Of a DNA stretch of 43,013 nt, positions 21,840 to 35,000 are shown piece after piece. The first letter of the stretch is position 1. Every line of letters starts with the position of its first letter. Where the stretch lies: the NCBI GenBank assembly GCA_032718475.1, contig JAUCBJ010001798.1, positions 1 through 43,013 on the forward strand, read 5' to 3'. The stretch is from Nemertoderma westbladi (lineage: Eukaryota > Animalia > Xenacoelomorpha). The translations under genes were made by a program, and so were the position numbers. The notes beneath the pieces were generated by a model. That model saw only the letters and a list, made by a program, of their open reading frames with translations. It was not told the origin of the DNA and searched no databases.

Positions 21840-23695
21840 CTGTATATCTAGCAACTTTAGTATACTCTCATATGTTGGTACTAGTTCCCAAGAAAGGCGA
21901 CCTAACAACACAAGGATCTTTTCATGGAATTACGTTGATCTCGATTACTGCAAAGCTATACAATATAATTATTGAATCGCATCATGGATCCCATCTAGAG
22001 ACTATGCTACGCGGGAACTAAAATGGGTTCCGTTATGATCGTGGGATATTGGGGCCCATTCTGTCCCTCAGAAGGATAATTGGAGTTATCAACAAAGAAA
22101 GACAGGCATTTGCATGTTGTCCATCTTTACTTCTTTAAGGCCTTCGATTCAGTCTCCCGACCGACGTATGTTGAGCATTGTTTGCATATTATTGTAGCTA
22201 TCAGATCACTGTACGATGGTTCCACAACATGTGTGTCTACTGCTGATGGTCACACAGATCCATTCGTAGTCTTATGGAGAGTCCTTCAGGGGGATACACT
22301 TGCACAATTCTTATTCATAATTCTGGTTGATTATGTTCTACGCATGTCCTGTCCTTAGACCATCTTAATAAAGATGGGTAGAGGAAGCCCAGAGGCTCCT
22401 CTGCTCATTGGAGCAGGCTGCTTCTAGTGTTGGTCTTTGTGTAAATTCCAAAAAGACCAAAATCATGACAGTCAACCTAGACAGCCGTCAAGAAATGTCT
22501 GATCGTAAGGGCATAAGCTCTAACGATGGCTTGATTGAGCAAGTGGATTGAGCAAGTATGTATATGTAATGTATATGGGGTGACGATAACCGTAACAAGG
22601 AACAACCCCTACTGGCATAAGAAGTAGAGGAAATCCAGCAAAGTACCTTACTGATCTAGAATTTGTTGACGACTTAGGAATAATCTCAGAATCCGCCTCC
22701 CCACCTCATTGGAGCAGGCTGCTTCTAGTGTAGACTTTTTGTCTTGTTAAAACCAAGAAGACCAAAATGTTGACAGTAGTTTGCTTTGGTTTTTTGGCTG
22801 CCCTCGATGAAAAATGTCCGATCTTGGTGGTATGTTTGGCATGTATATGACTTCTACATACCGGAAACAAGTTGAAGGAAGACCTTCGAATACCTAAGGG
22901 GAAGTCATGGCACTGAGGGCAGCATTGAATAATGGGCTGCCCTGTCCATGATTTTAAATCACACAATACTCCTATAATTTATTATTGGTGTTATGGGTGA
23001 ATGAGTGGTTGACTGTAGGGTTGAGTACAGTGGCAGCATATGATGGTATTGACAGATGGTAGGCCATGAGGAGGTAAATTGCGGACATACAAGGTATCAG
23101 GTAGTATTTCCAGGTCTATCTTTTACCTGAGCCGCTAGCTGAATGGTTAGAGCCTAGAGCGTCAGACTTCCAACCCGGAGGTCACCAGTTCGATCCCACC
23201 TGGACGTCATTGCCGACTTTGCAAAAGCTGTGCCCAACAAAAAGTTACAATACTCGTATGAGATTCCATGCTGATGGGCTCTAGCTGAGGATACAATCTT
23301 TGGATGGCATTTACACAAGAATGCTAAGCAGAGTTTATTATGTCAATACAAAGCACGCGCACACATCTTCAACCCAGATCCTATACAGCATTGGAGGTTT
23401 CTCAGTTCGTCCCGCCAAGCTGACATTTGAACATAGCCGCCGGCACATTCAGGACTTTGTTTTCGCCATGAGGACCAGCCCGTTGGTGGCCTCATGGATA
23501 AAACTTGCATGGTGGGCAGCCGATGACTTTCTTGAGTTATGCGCCTCTAACAGGACACTGACCTTGAAGATTGCGGATATTTTTCTCGTGAAAGTGATGG
23601 GGTATAGGGAGTTGTGGCTTTGCAAAATTGTCGATAAGTTGACATAGCATTCTTAATGCAAGCTTCATTGTAGCATGCGGATCGTAAATAGATAG
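21840..23695 (+). mobile_element. Decayed, rearranged RTE family A locus (RT N-terminus to 3' tail) with a nested insertion
   Basis: LVPKKGDLT...GITLISITAKLYN near 21880-21965; FFKAFDSVSR and VLQGDTLAQFLFII; LEFVDDLG at ~22655-22680; 3' end tagcattcttaatgca...tagatag at ~23645-23695. Confidence 0.88.
23129..23210 (+). mobile_element. tRNA-derived SINE head or tRNA pseudogene
   Basis: A box tagctgaatgg followed by ttagagc (tagagc duplicated), anticodon-like arm tcaga-cttccaa-cccgga, B box agttcgatccc. The acceptor and T stems are not intact. Confidence 0.65.
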
Positions 23696-24840
23696 CTCTA
23701 TCTATAATAACAGTACTAAAACTTATTTGCATATACAACTTTGTGCAGTATAAAAGCAGAGTTGTCAACGTGTAAACTGGGCAAATGTGATTTAATTATG
23801 TGACAAGTGACTGGAGCCTTTGTCTAGTTAGACGCTAAAACTTTCACAATTTTCATAGAGTTAAGAATCATGGTTTTTTTTTTAGTTAATTAATTAATTA
23901 CTGTTCCGTTCGTCGTTGCTGAACGTATTAGAGCATATTACGTATATCGTATATTGGAGTTCTTGACTTCTTGAGCTTCTACATCAATTAATCCAAAGGA
24001 CCTGTTGTGTGGCTTTGGTGAGATGTGGTCCAGTCAAGTTGTATCTAATTTTCCTTACTTTTAGCACACAAACTGAAATTGACGTTAGCTAGATTTATGG
24101 ATTTTGTATCCATGTTTTATTAATGAATTTTATTTAATGGTATTACATCCATAGTATATGTTCGTTAATGTTTATAATTATATTAATTGGGTTTCTATTT
24201 ATTATCATGAAGGGATATATATATATACAACCTTTTTTTATGTTGTATCCGATAAATTTTGATTCTGTTACAACGTTTATATGAAACACCCTGTCTGGAT
24301 ACAAACGATCCTGCCTGCCTTTTTTCGACTACACCCTTACACTTCAACAAATACACATTTACGCATCTACATTGACGACATACATCACACCTCTATGGCT
24401 ATCGTTCATGTTCTCTGTTAGAAATATACCATGAGGTTTAGGGTTAGGTTTAGTATAATAATTCGAGTTACCTCAACGTCAACCATAACGGAAATTCTTT
24501 ATATATCTATCCTAATCACCTGGAGTTGGGGCTTTGGATTAATTATACGTAATTAGACTTATACAAAAAAAGGCACGTATAAATTCAAATTATCTTTATA
24601 GCGAACAAAAGGAGACCAAGCCACTGAGATGATATTGTGTAGCTGCTGGATTTGTATATAGCTGTACTGGGATCATACAGGTAATATAATATGGTTTCCT
24701 ATTAAGTATGCGACTTATTTCAATGAAATTTCCCGGAAGCTATAGAAATAGAATTTGATATTTTTCGGAACTATAAAACGTATTGTTATACTCTGGCTTT
24801 ATCCATTATTTATTCTAAGAAAGTTTTCATTCTTAATCAA

Positions 24841-26436
24841 TGCTGCCATATAGCCCAAGGAAATGTTTTGCTGCCATATAGCCCAAGGAAATGTTTTGCT
24901 GCCATATAGCCCAAGGAAATGTTTTGCTGCCATATAGCCCAAGGAAATGTTTTGCTGCCGTATAGCCCAAGGAAATGTTTTGCTGCCATATAGCCCAAGG
25001 AAATGTTTTGCTGCCGTATAGCCCAAGGAAATGTTTTGCTGCCATATAGCCCAAGGAAATGTTTTGCTGCCATATAGCCCAAGGAAATGTTTTGCTGCCA
25101 TATAGCCCAAGGAAATGTTTTGCTGCCGTATAGCCCAAGGAAATGTTTTGCTGCCATATAGCCCAAGGAAATGTTTTGCTGCCGTATAGCCCAAGGAAAT
25201 GTTTTGCTGCCATATAGCCCAAGGAAATGTTTTGCTGCCATATAGCCCAAGGAAATGTTTTGCTGCCATATAGCCCAAGGAAATGTTTTGCTGCCATATA
25301 GCCCAAGGAAATGTTTTGCTGCCATATAGCCCAAGGAAATGTTTTGCTGCCATATAGCCCAAGGAAATGTTTTGCTGCCATATAGCCCAAGGAAATGTTT
25401 TGCTGCCATATAGCCCAAGGAAATGTTTTGCTGCCATATAGCCCAAGGAAATGTTTTGCTGCCATATAGCCCAAGGAAATGTTTTGCTGCCATATAGCCC
25501 AAGGAAATGTTTTGCTGCCATATAGCCCAAGGAAATGTTTTGCTGCCATATAGCCCAAGGAAATGTTTTGCTGCCATATAGCCCAAGGAAATGTTTTGCT
25601 GCCATATAGCCCAAGGAAATGTTTTGCTGCCATATAGCCCAAGGAAATGTTTTGCTGCCGTATAGCCCAAGGAAATGTTTTGCTGCCATATAGCCCAAGG
25701 AAATGTTTTGCTGCCATATAGCCCAAGGAAATGTTTTGCTGCCATATAGCCCAAGGAAATGTTTTGCTGCCATATAGCCCAAGGAAATGTTTTGCTGCCA
25801 TATAGCCCAAGGAAATGTTTTGCTGCCATATAGCCCAAGGAAATGTTTTGCTGCCATATAGCCCAAGGAAATGTTTTGCTGCCGTATAGCCCAAGGAAAT
25901 GTTTTGCTGCCATATAGCCCAAGGAAATGTTTTGCTGCCATATAGCCCAAGGAAATGTTTTGCTGCCATATAGCCCAAGGAAATGTTTTGCTGCCATATA
26001 GCCCAAGGAAATGTTTTGCTGCCGTATAGCCCAAGGAAATGTTTTGCTGCCATATAGCCCAAGGAAATGTTTTGCTGCCATATAGCCCAAGGAAATGTTT
26101 TGCTGCCATATAGCCCAAGGAAATGTTTTGCTGCCATATAGCCCAAGGAAATGTTTTGCTGCCATATAGCCCAAGGAAATGTTTTGCTGCCATATAGCCC
26201 AAGGAAATGTTTTGCTGCCATATAGCCCAAGGAAATGTTTTGCTGCCGTATAGCCCAAGGAAATGTTTTGCTGCCATATAGCCCAAGGAAATGTTTTGCT
26301 GCCATATAGCCCAATGAAATGTTTTGCTGCCATATAGCCCAAGGAAATGTTTTGCTGCCATATAGCCCAAGGAAATGTTTTGCTGCCGTATAGCCCAAGG
26401 AAATGTTTTGCTGCCATATAGCCCAAGGAAATGTTT
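24841..26436. repeat. 28-bp minisatellite, 57 units, highly homogeneous
   Basis: tgctgccatatagcccaaggaaatgttt; 1596 bp = 57 x 28; essentially one recurrent variant (ccata/ccgta) plus one caatg. Confidence 0.98.
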
Positions 26437-27394
26437 TCGCCGACTTGTAAGGATGATAAGAATCTCGCGGGAAAAGAACAAGATAGTTTATTTTTTTCAT
26501 TTTCACGTTCTCGCTAACCGATACATTATTGCACATTTATTTTTAATTTGATACTATCGTAGTAATTATTATCAGTATTCCATTCCCATGAACCAATATT
26601 CCAATATGTCGTTTCAACTAATGGACTACGAGCTGAGAGGGTTCGGGTTGGTCAATTATTGTGAAACTGTTACTCTGATTTTGCCTCACATAATGAATCC
26701 ATCAGTGACCTCCTAGGGCAATGAAATATTCATTTCACACCTTCATACGCCGGAATTGGAGATAATAGTTAGCTGATTTATATTTGTATATTAGAATATT
26801 CCACGGGCACTCTATATAGGCAGGGTGCAAAGAAGCTCCATAATGCCTTGATCAGCCATTAACACTTATGTTATCTAAGTTTTCCATGGAGATCCTAATC
26901 AATATTAAGAGGAAAGTAGTGCCGATCCCATTAATAGTAATGTCAGCCCACTTTCATTTGTATCACCTAAGCGGAAACCCCGCATACAGGAACCGATTAA
27001 AACTCTTTGGAGCGAACACGGCCAAGGAGCCCATATCAGGGATTCAAATCAGTTACGCTACCTACATTCTTCTATTAACTAACTCTGTTAGGCAATTCAA
27101 AATATTTTACTGCTGTGTTGATGGCCTGGAACCCAATGCTGGAGTGAGAAATCTTCTAAATGATGGCCTGGCCACCCAACCAAACACTGAACCTTTAACC
27201 TGGGTCGCTGCCTGCCGGAGTCCTCGTGGGAATGCGGGAAGACAAAGCACCCTGAGGTGACTCCTATAGGATTCCGGCATGTCGGGATGGGTTGCGATTA
27301 TTTTTTATTTATTCCCAGAATTTATCTTGACGGTTTCTTTTATTAATGAAGATTTGGTGCGCCATTGGTTATGTCTGTCCCTACAGCATACATT

Positions 27395-27858
27395 GTGGCG
27401 TGGCGTGGCGTGGCGTGGCGTGGCGTGGCGTGGCGTGGCGTGGCGTGGCGTGGCGTGGCGTGGCGTGGCGTGGCGTGGCGTGGCGTGGCGTGGCGTGGCG
27501 TGGCGTGGCGTGGCGTGGCGTGGCGTGGCGTGGCGTGGCGTGGCGTGGCGTGGCGTGGCGTGGCGTGGCGTGGCGTGGCGTGGCGTGGCGTGGCGTGGCG
27601 TGGCGTGGCGTGGCGTGGCGTGGCGTGGCGTGGCGTGGCGTGGCGTGGCGTGGCGTGGCGTGGCGTGGCGTGGCGTGGCGTGGCGTGGCGTGGCGTGGCG
27701 TGGCGTGGCGTGGCGTGGCGTGGCGTGGCGTGGCGTGGCGTGGCGGCGTGGCGTGGCGTGGCGTGGCGTGGCGTGGCGTGGCGCGGCGTGGCGTGGCGTG
27801 GCGCGGCGTGGCGCGGCGTGGCGTGGCGCGGCGTGGCGTGGCGTGGTGTGGCGTGACG
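27395..27858. repeat. (TGGCG)n pentanucleotide array, about 90 units
   Basis: Direct reading; it degenerates at the right end. Confidence 0.98.
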
Positions 27859-28239
27859 TGGACTATATTACCAATTCCTCATTCCTAACAACCTGCACGA
27901 TGCTTATCCAGCGGCATTCCTTGGTTAACGATACCAAACGCCGGCTAACTATGTCGCAGCGCGGTGGATGGGCCCACTTGGCCCTGGGCTATCCGACGGC
28001 CAACCAATACAACTGATTGAGGAAGATGAACTATCCTGCAGGAACTAATTAATCGCGGATCCATTCTATTTCGCCCGTTTGGACGCTCAGGCCTCCTACC
28101 GTAGATTGGACGACATGCATGATCTATCTTTTGTCTCACAATAATTTACTGTATCTTAATTTTACTGAATTTCCTTTGATTATTTTTTAACCATTCAGAA
28201 TTTACTTAATTTAGTTTGGGTTATTGATATTTGATTTTA

Positions 28240-29095
28240 ATTATCACTGTAACGCTCTTTCTATAACTTTTATTATCATTGTAACGCTCTTTCTGTAACT
28301 TATATTATCATTGTAACGCTCTTTCTGTAACTTTTATTATCATTGTAACGCCCTTTCTGTAGCTTTTATTATCATTGTAACGCTCTTTCTATAACTTTTA
28401 TTATCATTGTAACGCTCTTTCTGTAACTTTTATTATCATTGTAACGCTCTTTCTATAACTTTTATTATCATTGTAACGCTCTTCCTGTAACTTTTATTAT
28501 CATTGTAACGCTCTTTCTGTAACTTTTATTATCATTGTAACGCTATTTCTGTAACTTTTATTATCATTGTAACGCTCTTTCTGTAACTTTTATTATCATT
28601 GTAACGCTCCTTCTGTAACTTTTATTATCATTGTAACGCTCTTTCTGTAACTTTTATTATCATTGTAACGCTCTTTCTATAACTTTTATTGTCATTGTAA
28701 CGCTCTTTCTGTAACTTTTATTATCATTGTAACGCTCTTTCTGTAACTTTTATTATCATTGTAACGCTCTTTCTATAACTTTTATTATCACTGTAACGCT
28801 CTTTCTGTAACTTTTATTATCATTGTAACGCTCTTTCTGTAACTTTTATTATCATTGTAACGCTCTTTCTGTAACTTTTATTATCATTGTAACGCTCTTT
28901 CTGTAACTTTTATTATCATTGTAACGCTCTTTCTGTAACTTTTATTATCATTGTAACGCTCTTTCTGTAACTTTTATTATCATTGTAACGCTCTTTCTGT
29001 AGCTTTTATTATCACTGTAACGCTCTTTCTGTAACTTTTATTATCATTGTAACGCTCTTTCTGTAACTTTTATTATCATTGTAACGATCTTTCTA
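28240..29095. repeat. 32-bp minisatellite, about 26 units
   Basis: ctttctgtaacttttattatcattgtaacgct repeated; it ends about 25 bp before the transposon TIR. Confidence 0.96.
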
Positions 29096-29120
29096 ACGTT
29101 GGGTGATAAGAGGTTCGATT

Positions 29121-31420
29121 CACTGAACAACAAAAATTTTTGACAAGAATTGTAAAGGTTGCCCCTAGGACAGTTTTCCATGTAGATTCCAAATCTGCAG
29201 TCCTTTTTCCACCATCACGTAAGGATTTTCTGTAATTTTAAGAATTATATTTTACAGATATAGAGTATTCTTTACGAAAAGGGAAAAGCATAATGGCATA
29301 TGAACGTTAATTTGATATACTGTAGGGCCTACTAACACTAACAGTAGGCCTATAATAACCCACTATTATATAGTAGGCCTATATTGTAGTGCCTCGACTG
29401 TTTGGAGGGAATTTCAAAATCTAATTGTATGCCCTTCTGCTGATGTGTGTTTATTATACTTATTGTGAGTTTCAAGAAACAGCATAAAACGACTACAGCC
29501 TAGCCTACTAGCACTAGCCGCTAGGTAGGACTAATACAGTAGGCTGACACCGGTTAACTGTAATATTATTTAATATTATAAGTAGCAGTCTATCACAATG
29601 TCGCGAACTTGTTTAAATCATCCTAACTTATTTTGCTATATTTGTGGAGAATACACTATAAAGACTGACCGCAGAAATATAACACCGCATGTAAAGAAAC
29701 TAGATTACTTATACTTTGGAGTTCATCTCGGTGATCAGGATAAAAAGTGGGCTCCGCATATATGTTGCTCTTCATGTGTAACGAACTTTGGAATTCGGAA
29801 TTTCAATCTCATTTGGAATTCCTATGATTTGGAGGGAGCAACAAAATCATGTCACTGATTGCTACTTCTGCATGGTTCCTCCCGTAGCTGGTCACAACAA
29901 GAAAACCAAGAAATCTCGTGTGTTTCCAAATGTCCCGTCTGCGATACGGCCAGTAGAGCACTGTGACCAGATTACAGTGCCAGTTCCACCAGATACTATA
30001 AAGGAAACTGACGATTCAACAACCGGCACTGACGACGATGATACGTATGAACCAGGACCCCAAGAGTTGGAAGTTCCCCATTTAGTAACGCAGGGTGATC
30101 TTAATGATTTAGTTAGATATCTGGCTTTAACAAAGGCTCAAAGTGAACTGCTGGGATCTCGCCTTCAGGATTGAAATTTACTCCAGAGAGGAACTAAAGT
30201 AACGGTTTATAGGAAGCGCACAGCAGACTTGACCCAAATCTTCTCTAAAGAGGAAGATGTCTGTTTTAGCAATGATGTTCCCCGTTTGTTCAGCCTTGGC
30301 ACAGGCCATGATCCCACTGATTGGAGACTCTTTATAGATGGTTCTACTAAGAGTATTAAAGCCGTCCTTTTACAAATGGTAATGTGTATCCATCGGTACC
30401 TGTAGCTCACTCCATAGCTAGAAAAGAGTCATATGAAACACTGAAGGTAATTCTTAGGTTAATAAAGTACTCGGAACATCAGTGGTCTATCTGTGCTGAT
30501 TTGAAAGTTATAGCTATATTCCAGGGACTCCAAACGGGTTTTACAAAGTACATGTGCTTCATTTGCTTATGGGACAGTCGAGCACGAGCAACCCACTACA
30601 CTAGATGTGAATGGCCAGACCGAACACCCGACATCATAGGTTGTAGCAATGTAATTGCAGAACCACTAGTTCCAAAATCAAAAATGCTGCTACCTCCACT
30701 ACACATTAAACTCGGGCTAATGAAACAATTTGTTAAAACACTAGATAAAGATGGTGCTGCATTTCAGTACCTTGTTACCAAGTTCTCTAAACTCAGTCAG
30801 GTTAAAATTAAGGAGGGAATATTTCTGGGACCTTAAATTCGAGAAGTTATTAAAGATCCGAACTTCAACGAAGTACTCATGTCTACAAATGAGTTTAGAG
30901 CCTGGGATTCTTTTCAACGAATTTGCAGTGGATTTCTAGGAAACAATAAGGTTGAGAATTATATTGATCTTCTGGGTAAATTGGTTGATAGCTATAAGAT
31001 GCTCGGTTGCAACATGTCTTTGAAGTTACACTTCCTCCACTCACACTTAGATTTCTTTCCTCCCAACATGGGTGCTGTAAGTGATGAGCACTAGGAAAGA
31101 TCCCACCAAGATATTGCAGTTATGGAGAAGCGATATCAGGAAAGATGGAGCCCTGCCATGTTGGCCGATTTCTGCTGGATGCTGCGACGCGATCAGCCAG
31201 CAGCCAGTATATATTCATGCTATTCAGTATTCACCCTTCAGCTTCAATTCACTGATCCACTTCAATGAGACTATATAGCGATATTGCGATTAATTAAAAA
31301 TTATGTATTTCTCATGTAACTTTTTTTGCGACGTGATATGAAAAATCTGATTGCAGATTTGGAATCAGTGAACAAAACTGCTATGTGTCATGGCCATATC
31401 AAAAAATTTGTTATTCAGTG
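29121..31420 (+). mobile_element. Chapaev3-type (CMC superfamily) DNA transposon, full span, 2300 bp
   Basis: Termini cactgaacaacaaaaattttt / aaaaaatttgttattcagtg; subterminal inverted gattccaaatctgca / tgcagatttggaatc; encloses a transposase remnant. Confidence 0.88.
29598..31200 (+). pseudogene. Chapaev3-type transposase with frameshifts and stops
   Basis: Cys-rich Chapa region (CLNHPNLFCYICGEY, GDQDKKWAPHICC, WREQQNHVTDCYFC); WRLFIDGSTKSIKAVLL; CADLKV; LPPLHIKLGLMKQFVK; NMSLKLHFLHSHLDFFPPNMGAVSDEH*ERSHQDI. Split over several frames. Confidence 0.88.
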
Positions 31421-31949
31421 GTTCGCCTTTTATTCCCAAACAATTCGTTCACGTTGCTGAACTCCCGCCTCGGCCCTGAGAGTATTCGTAATAGTGCACC
31501 GCATTTCTTGATATATTGGAATATATACCGGGCACTTTTTTCTATTCGACTCTTTTCTATAAGTAAATAAATTACTCACATAGTTCTTATTGGAATTTCC
31601 ATACGTTGTCGGTCACTTAGTATTGTTTGATGGCTTGGGTTCGATAATAACTTCATGATGAACGCGGCGCGCGGGCAGATATAGAAACAGCTGCAACAAG
31701 TGGAATATTTAGTTAAAGATACCCTTTCCATCCGGGAACACACTCGGTGCCTAGAGCCTCCAATCAATAATACAATCATGCATTTATTAACACATCCAAT
31801 AATAATGTTGCTCCGATGTTAACTCTTACGGCACGCACTCGCCACTGTTCGGACTTGTTAATTGCCGATTCTATTATGACGCAACGAAGGAACTGAAAAC
31901 GCAATATAATAAGAAAACCAAATTAATTATTATATCAAAATAAATGAAT

Positions 31950-32760
31950 AGTGGCTACCAGTTACATGTGGTGTCCCTCAGGGTGGTTTGAACTCCGTTC
32001 TATACTTTGTTAGCTTTGTTAACCATGTCCAACTCTCATCATTAAATTTATACTCTAGATGTTTGCGGACGACATAAAGGACATTTGCATATTCCAACCT
32101 GGCATCTTGCGATCCATAGGGCCTATACAAACTGACGAACATGTCACATGGCAGCTACTCTTCAATGCCGACAAGTTTAAACTGTAAAGTAATGCACCTC
32201 GGTTACAATAACCCCTGTTTTACTTACATGTTAGGAGCATCAACACTTGAAGTAGCTCAGTTTAAATAAGGACTTGGGGATAATATTTCAGAATACACTA
32301 GCATTCAGTTAACATATTGGAATGATCACCAACAAACCAAACACAACTTTAGGTTTAATTTGGCCCCACTTCAAACACCTAGACTCCTCTATATTTACCA
32401 GCTTGAATCGGTGCAACGGCGCGCAACACGTATCGTTAGGACTTTGCGTGAGAAACCATACCCAAAAAACACGATTTGGTGAATAAGAACTCCAAACTCT
32501 CGAATATCGCCGACATATGGCTGATTTTTATGTCTGAGGTGTTCCGCTACCTGTCTGGTATGGAAGATGTCGACCACTCACTCTCGCACCCAGCAGTGGT
32601 CGTCGTGGCCACTCCAAGAAGCTATTGCTAACCCGAGCTCATCTCCTACAACGAAACTTAACCTTCCATATCGGAGTCATAGACTCTTGAAACTCCCGAA
32701 GTGAGATGCTCGTATCTTCCCCGTCATTGAATATCTCTAAATCTCGCCTAAACGATCACT
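31950..32760 (+). mobile_element. Old CR1-clade LINE RT/3' fragment
   Basis: Broken reading gives WLPVTCGVPQG, MFADDIK, WQLLFNADK, CKVMHLGYNN, KDLGII, LESVQRRATRI and RGHSKKL. Confidence 0.85.
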
Positions 32761-35000
32761 ACCATAACTTACCTCCTCGTGGTGGACATTGACGTCATCC
32801 CTTCCACACTATTCATTGGTAACTTATAAAGCCCACTCTATCCACTTTAATTATTACGTTTGATAGATCTACTCTTGATGGCCCCACATTTTCATTTTTT
32901 ATTTCAATTATTTTAATTTAATTTGGTGATCTCAATTTGAGTTTATGGAATTTCTATTTTATATTATTTTTTGTAGGATTGGAAATTTTTGTTTGTAAAA
33001 ATTTTATTTTGTCTTATTGTCTTTGAAGGATTGGCTATATTTAGATATACACGTGACTATTTTTCAGAATATATTCATCACACATTGATCTCAATCTTTG
33101 CATTATTGTTTTTATTTTTATTTTGTGCGTCGTGTAGTTTCCCATTTTTTTTACTTTCAGTTTAATATTTGTGTAATTTGGTGTACAGTCAATCTTACCT
33201 ACGGAACTGACCTATATTATTGTCTATGAACAGGTTCAGTAAGCTTTGCTTTCATGACTATCAACATTCAATAAAATATTATTAATATGCATCTGTTCGG
33301 CCATGTCCTGAATCTAGTGGCGGGATGTGTATTTCGTTAAAACGCGAAGAAATATCAGAAAAAGACACGGTAGCGCCGGTGGGAAATCTAGTCAAATATT
33401 TACATAAATGATTCAGTCGCTGTCTTCATGTCTCGCATAAGTTCCATTATCTGCTATCTCCGAATTCCCGATTATGTTCATTATTGTCTTACCAAACGAC
33501 CATGTTTTTTGGCCACTGCAGCCGAGTAATGGGTCTTCTTTTTATTTTCTCATAGTGTAATTAATTTCTTGTATGTTGCTGATTATGACCAAAAATGTTT
33601 CCCAAAAGTTGACTCCAGTTGATTATTTTAGTTAGAATTATACAAGCAACTGTAACCTGCTCCTTTCCCTTAATTAATAAATTAGCGGGCGAAGCTGACA
33701 CCAACTTTGGGACCTTACAAAAGTTATTCACAAAATATGACAAACCATGTGTATGTAAGTAATATGGATAAGAGCGACAAATAAATTAGAATTACATTAT
33801 AACTTATCGTATCACCACCCACTAATCTCAATGTCGCTTCTAAAAGAAAGTCTGAATCTTACAATCTTAACAAATCTACACAAATAATATATCACTTTAT
33901 ATTAATCACGCCATGATTAGAACATCATTGCTAAACCCGCCCAGAGCCCAGGAACATTTTACACTCACTGCACCACTGCGCACTGGTGTGGTTAAATTTC
34001 ACCGAATTCCCCATTGCGAATTGAAGAAGTAGAATATGTCTGAACCATTATTCCACGCTTGTACACAAAATATAAATTGGATTTCTCCACTTTTTTAACA
34101 CATATGAAGACTCCCTGTGGCATGCAATTTATTTGCTTGCCTATTGCTTACAGGCCTGTCTGTCATTCACACATGGAGTCCTTCATTTCTTCTTCCCTTG
34201 GGGCGGTTGAGAAACAGTGAAACTTCTGTCTAAATAATTACCATCAAGACTCGGAAGTTTTCAATAAATTAACGAGTCTTAGATAATGTATTTTTCGTTA
34301 GTTAGTATTCATTTATTAACATATATAATTTTGTGTTTCGATTTGAATGATCGAGATCGATCCCTATTTCGACTGTGTGTGTATTGTCCTCATAATGCAA
34401 GTTAACATAACTTCCCCCTCTACTCATGGGCTATTCCGGGGTGAGTTGAGTATACCCCACTGTTCGTTGATTACAATATAGTAAAGTTATACATCGAACA
34501 GACGAAACAACCTGTCTTAATGCAGGGATGGTGCCCCTGCCCGTGTCACACTAACTCCCAAGGGTGAACACTTCCACTTGACTCCTCCAACAGATGTCAG
34601 GTTCCCATTGTAGCGCTTGGTGTGCTTAAGCACTAACATCTGGAGAGTCTTGTCTAGGGATACAACAGTGCCGACAGTGGTTCAATTATACATATTGAAT
34701 AATTTGTATAAACTTTCGACGAATTTTACACTTGAAGACTTTTATTGTTGTGTAAATAAGCCAACCACATAATGACAGTTTCTTTATTTAAATCCACTCA
34801 GCTATTCGCAACGCATGATGTTAAGTGACATTGATTATGCTCAGCCCATACAATCAACTTTATTCGTAGGCTCATGACTTGTAGGCACATTTTAACATAT
34901 AAATAACACTATTATAAAGTAGTTTAATGCAGAGGGCTCGCATTTCCATTTAGTTGGTGTTTACTGTTTAGTCATACTTTTTCCTTAATAACACTTAAAA

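Noticed and set aside
23129-23210. Functional tRNA-Gly(TCC) gene
   Set aside because: Duplicated tagagc, broken acceptor and T stems, and location inside a LINE; treated as a SINE head or pseudogene.
24799-26536. Three 529-567 aa ORFs on the minus strand
   Set aside because: All three frames give the same 28-aa cycle because a stop-free 28-bp unit is repeated; there is no codon-level signal.
32765-32800. acc-tcctcgt-ggt resembling the P3/L3 of an HDV-like ribozyme
   Set aside because: I could not find matching P1, P1.1 (GG) or P2 partners nearby.
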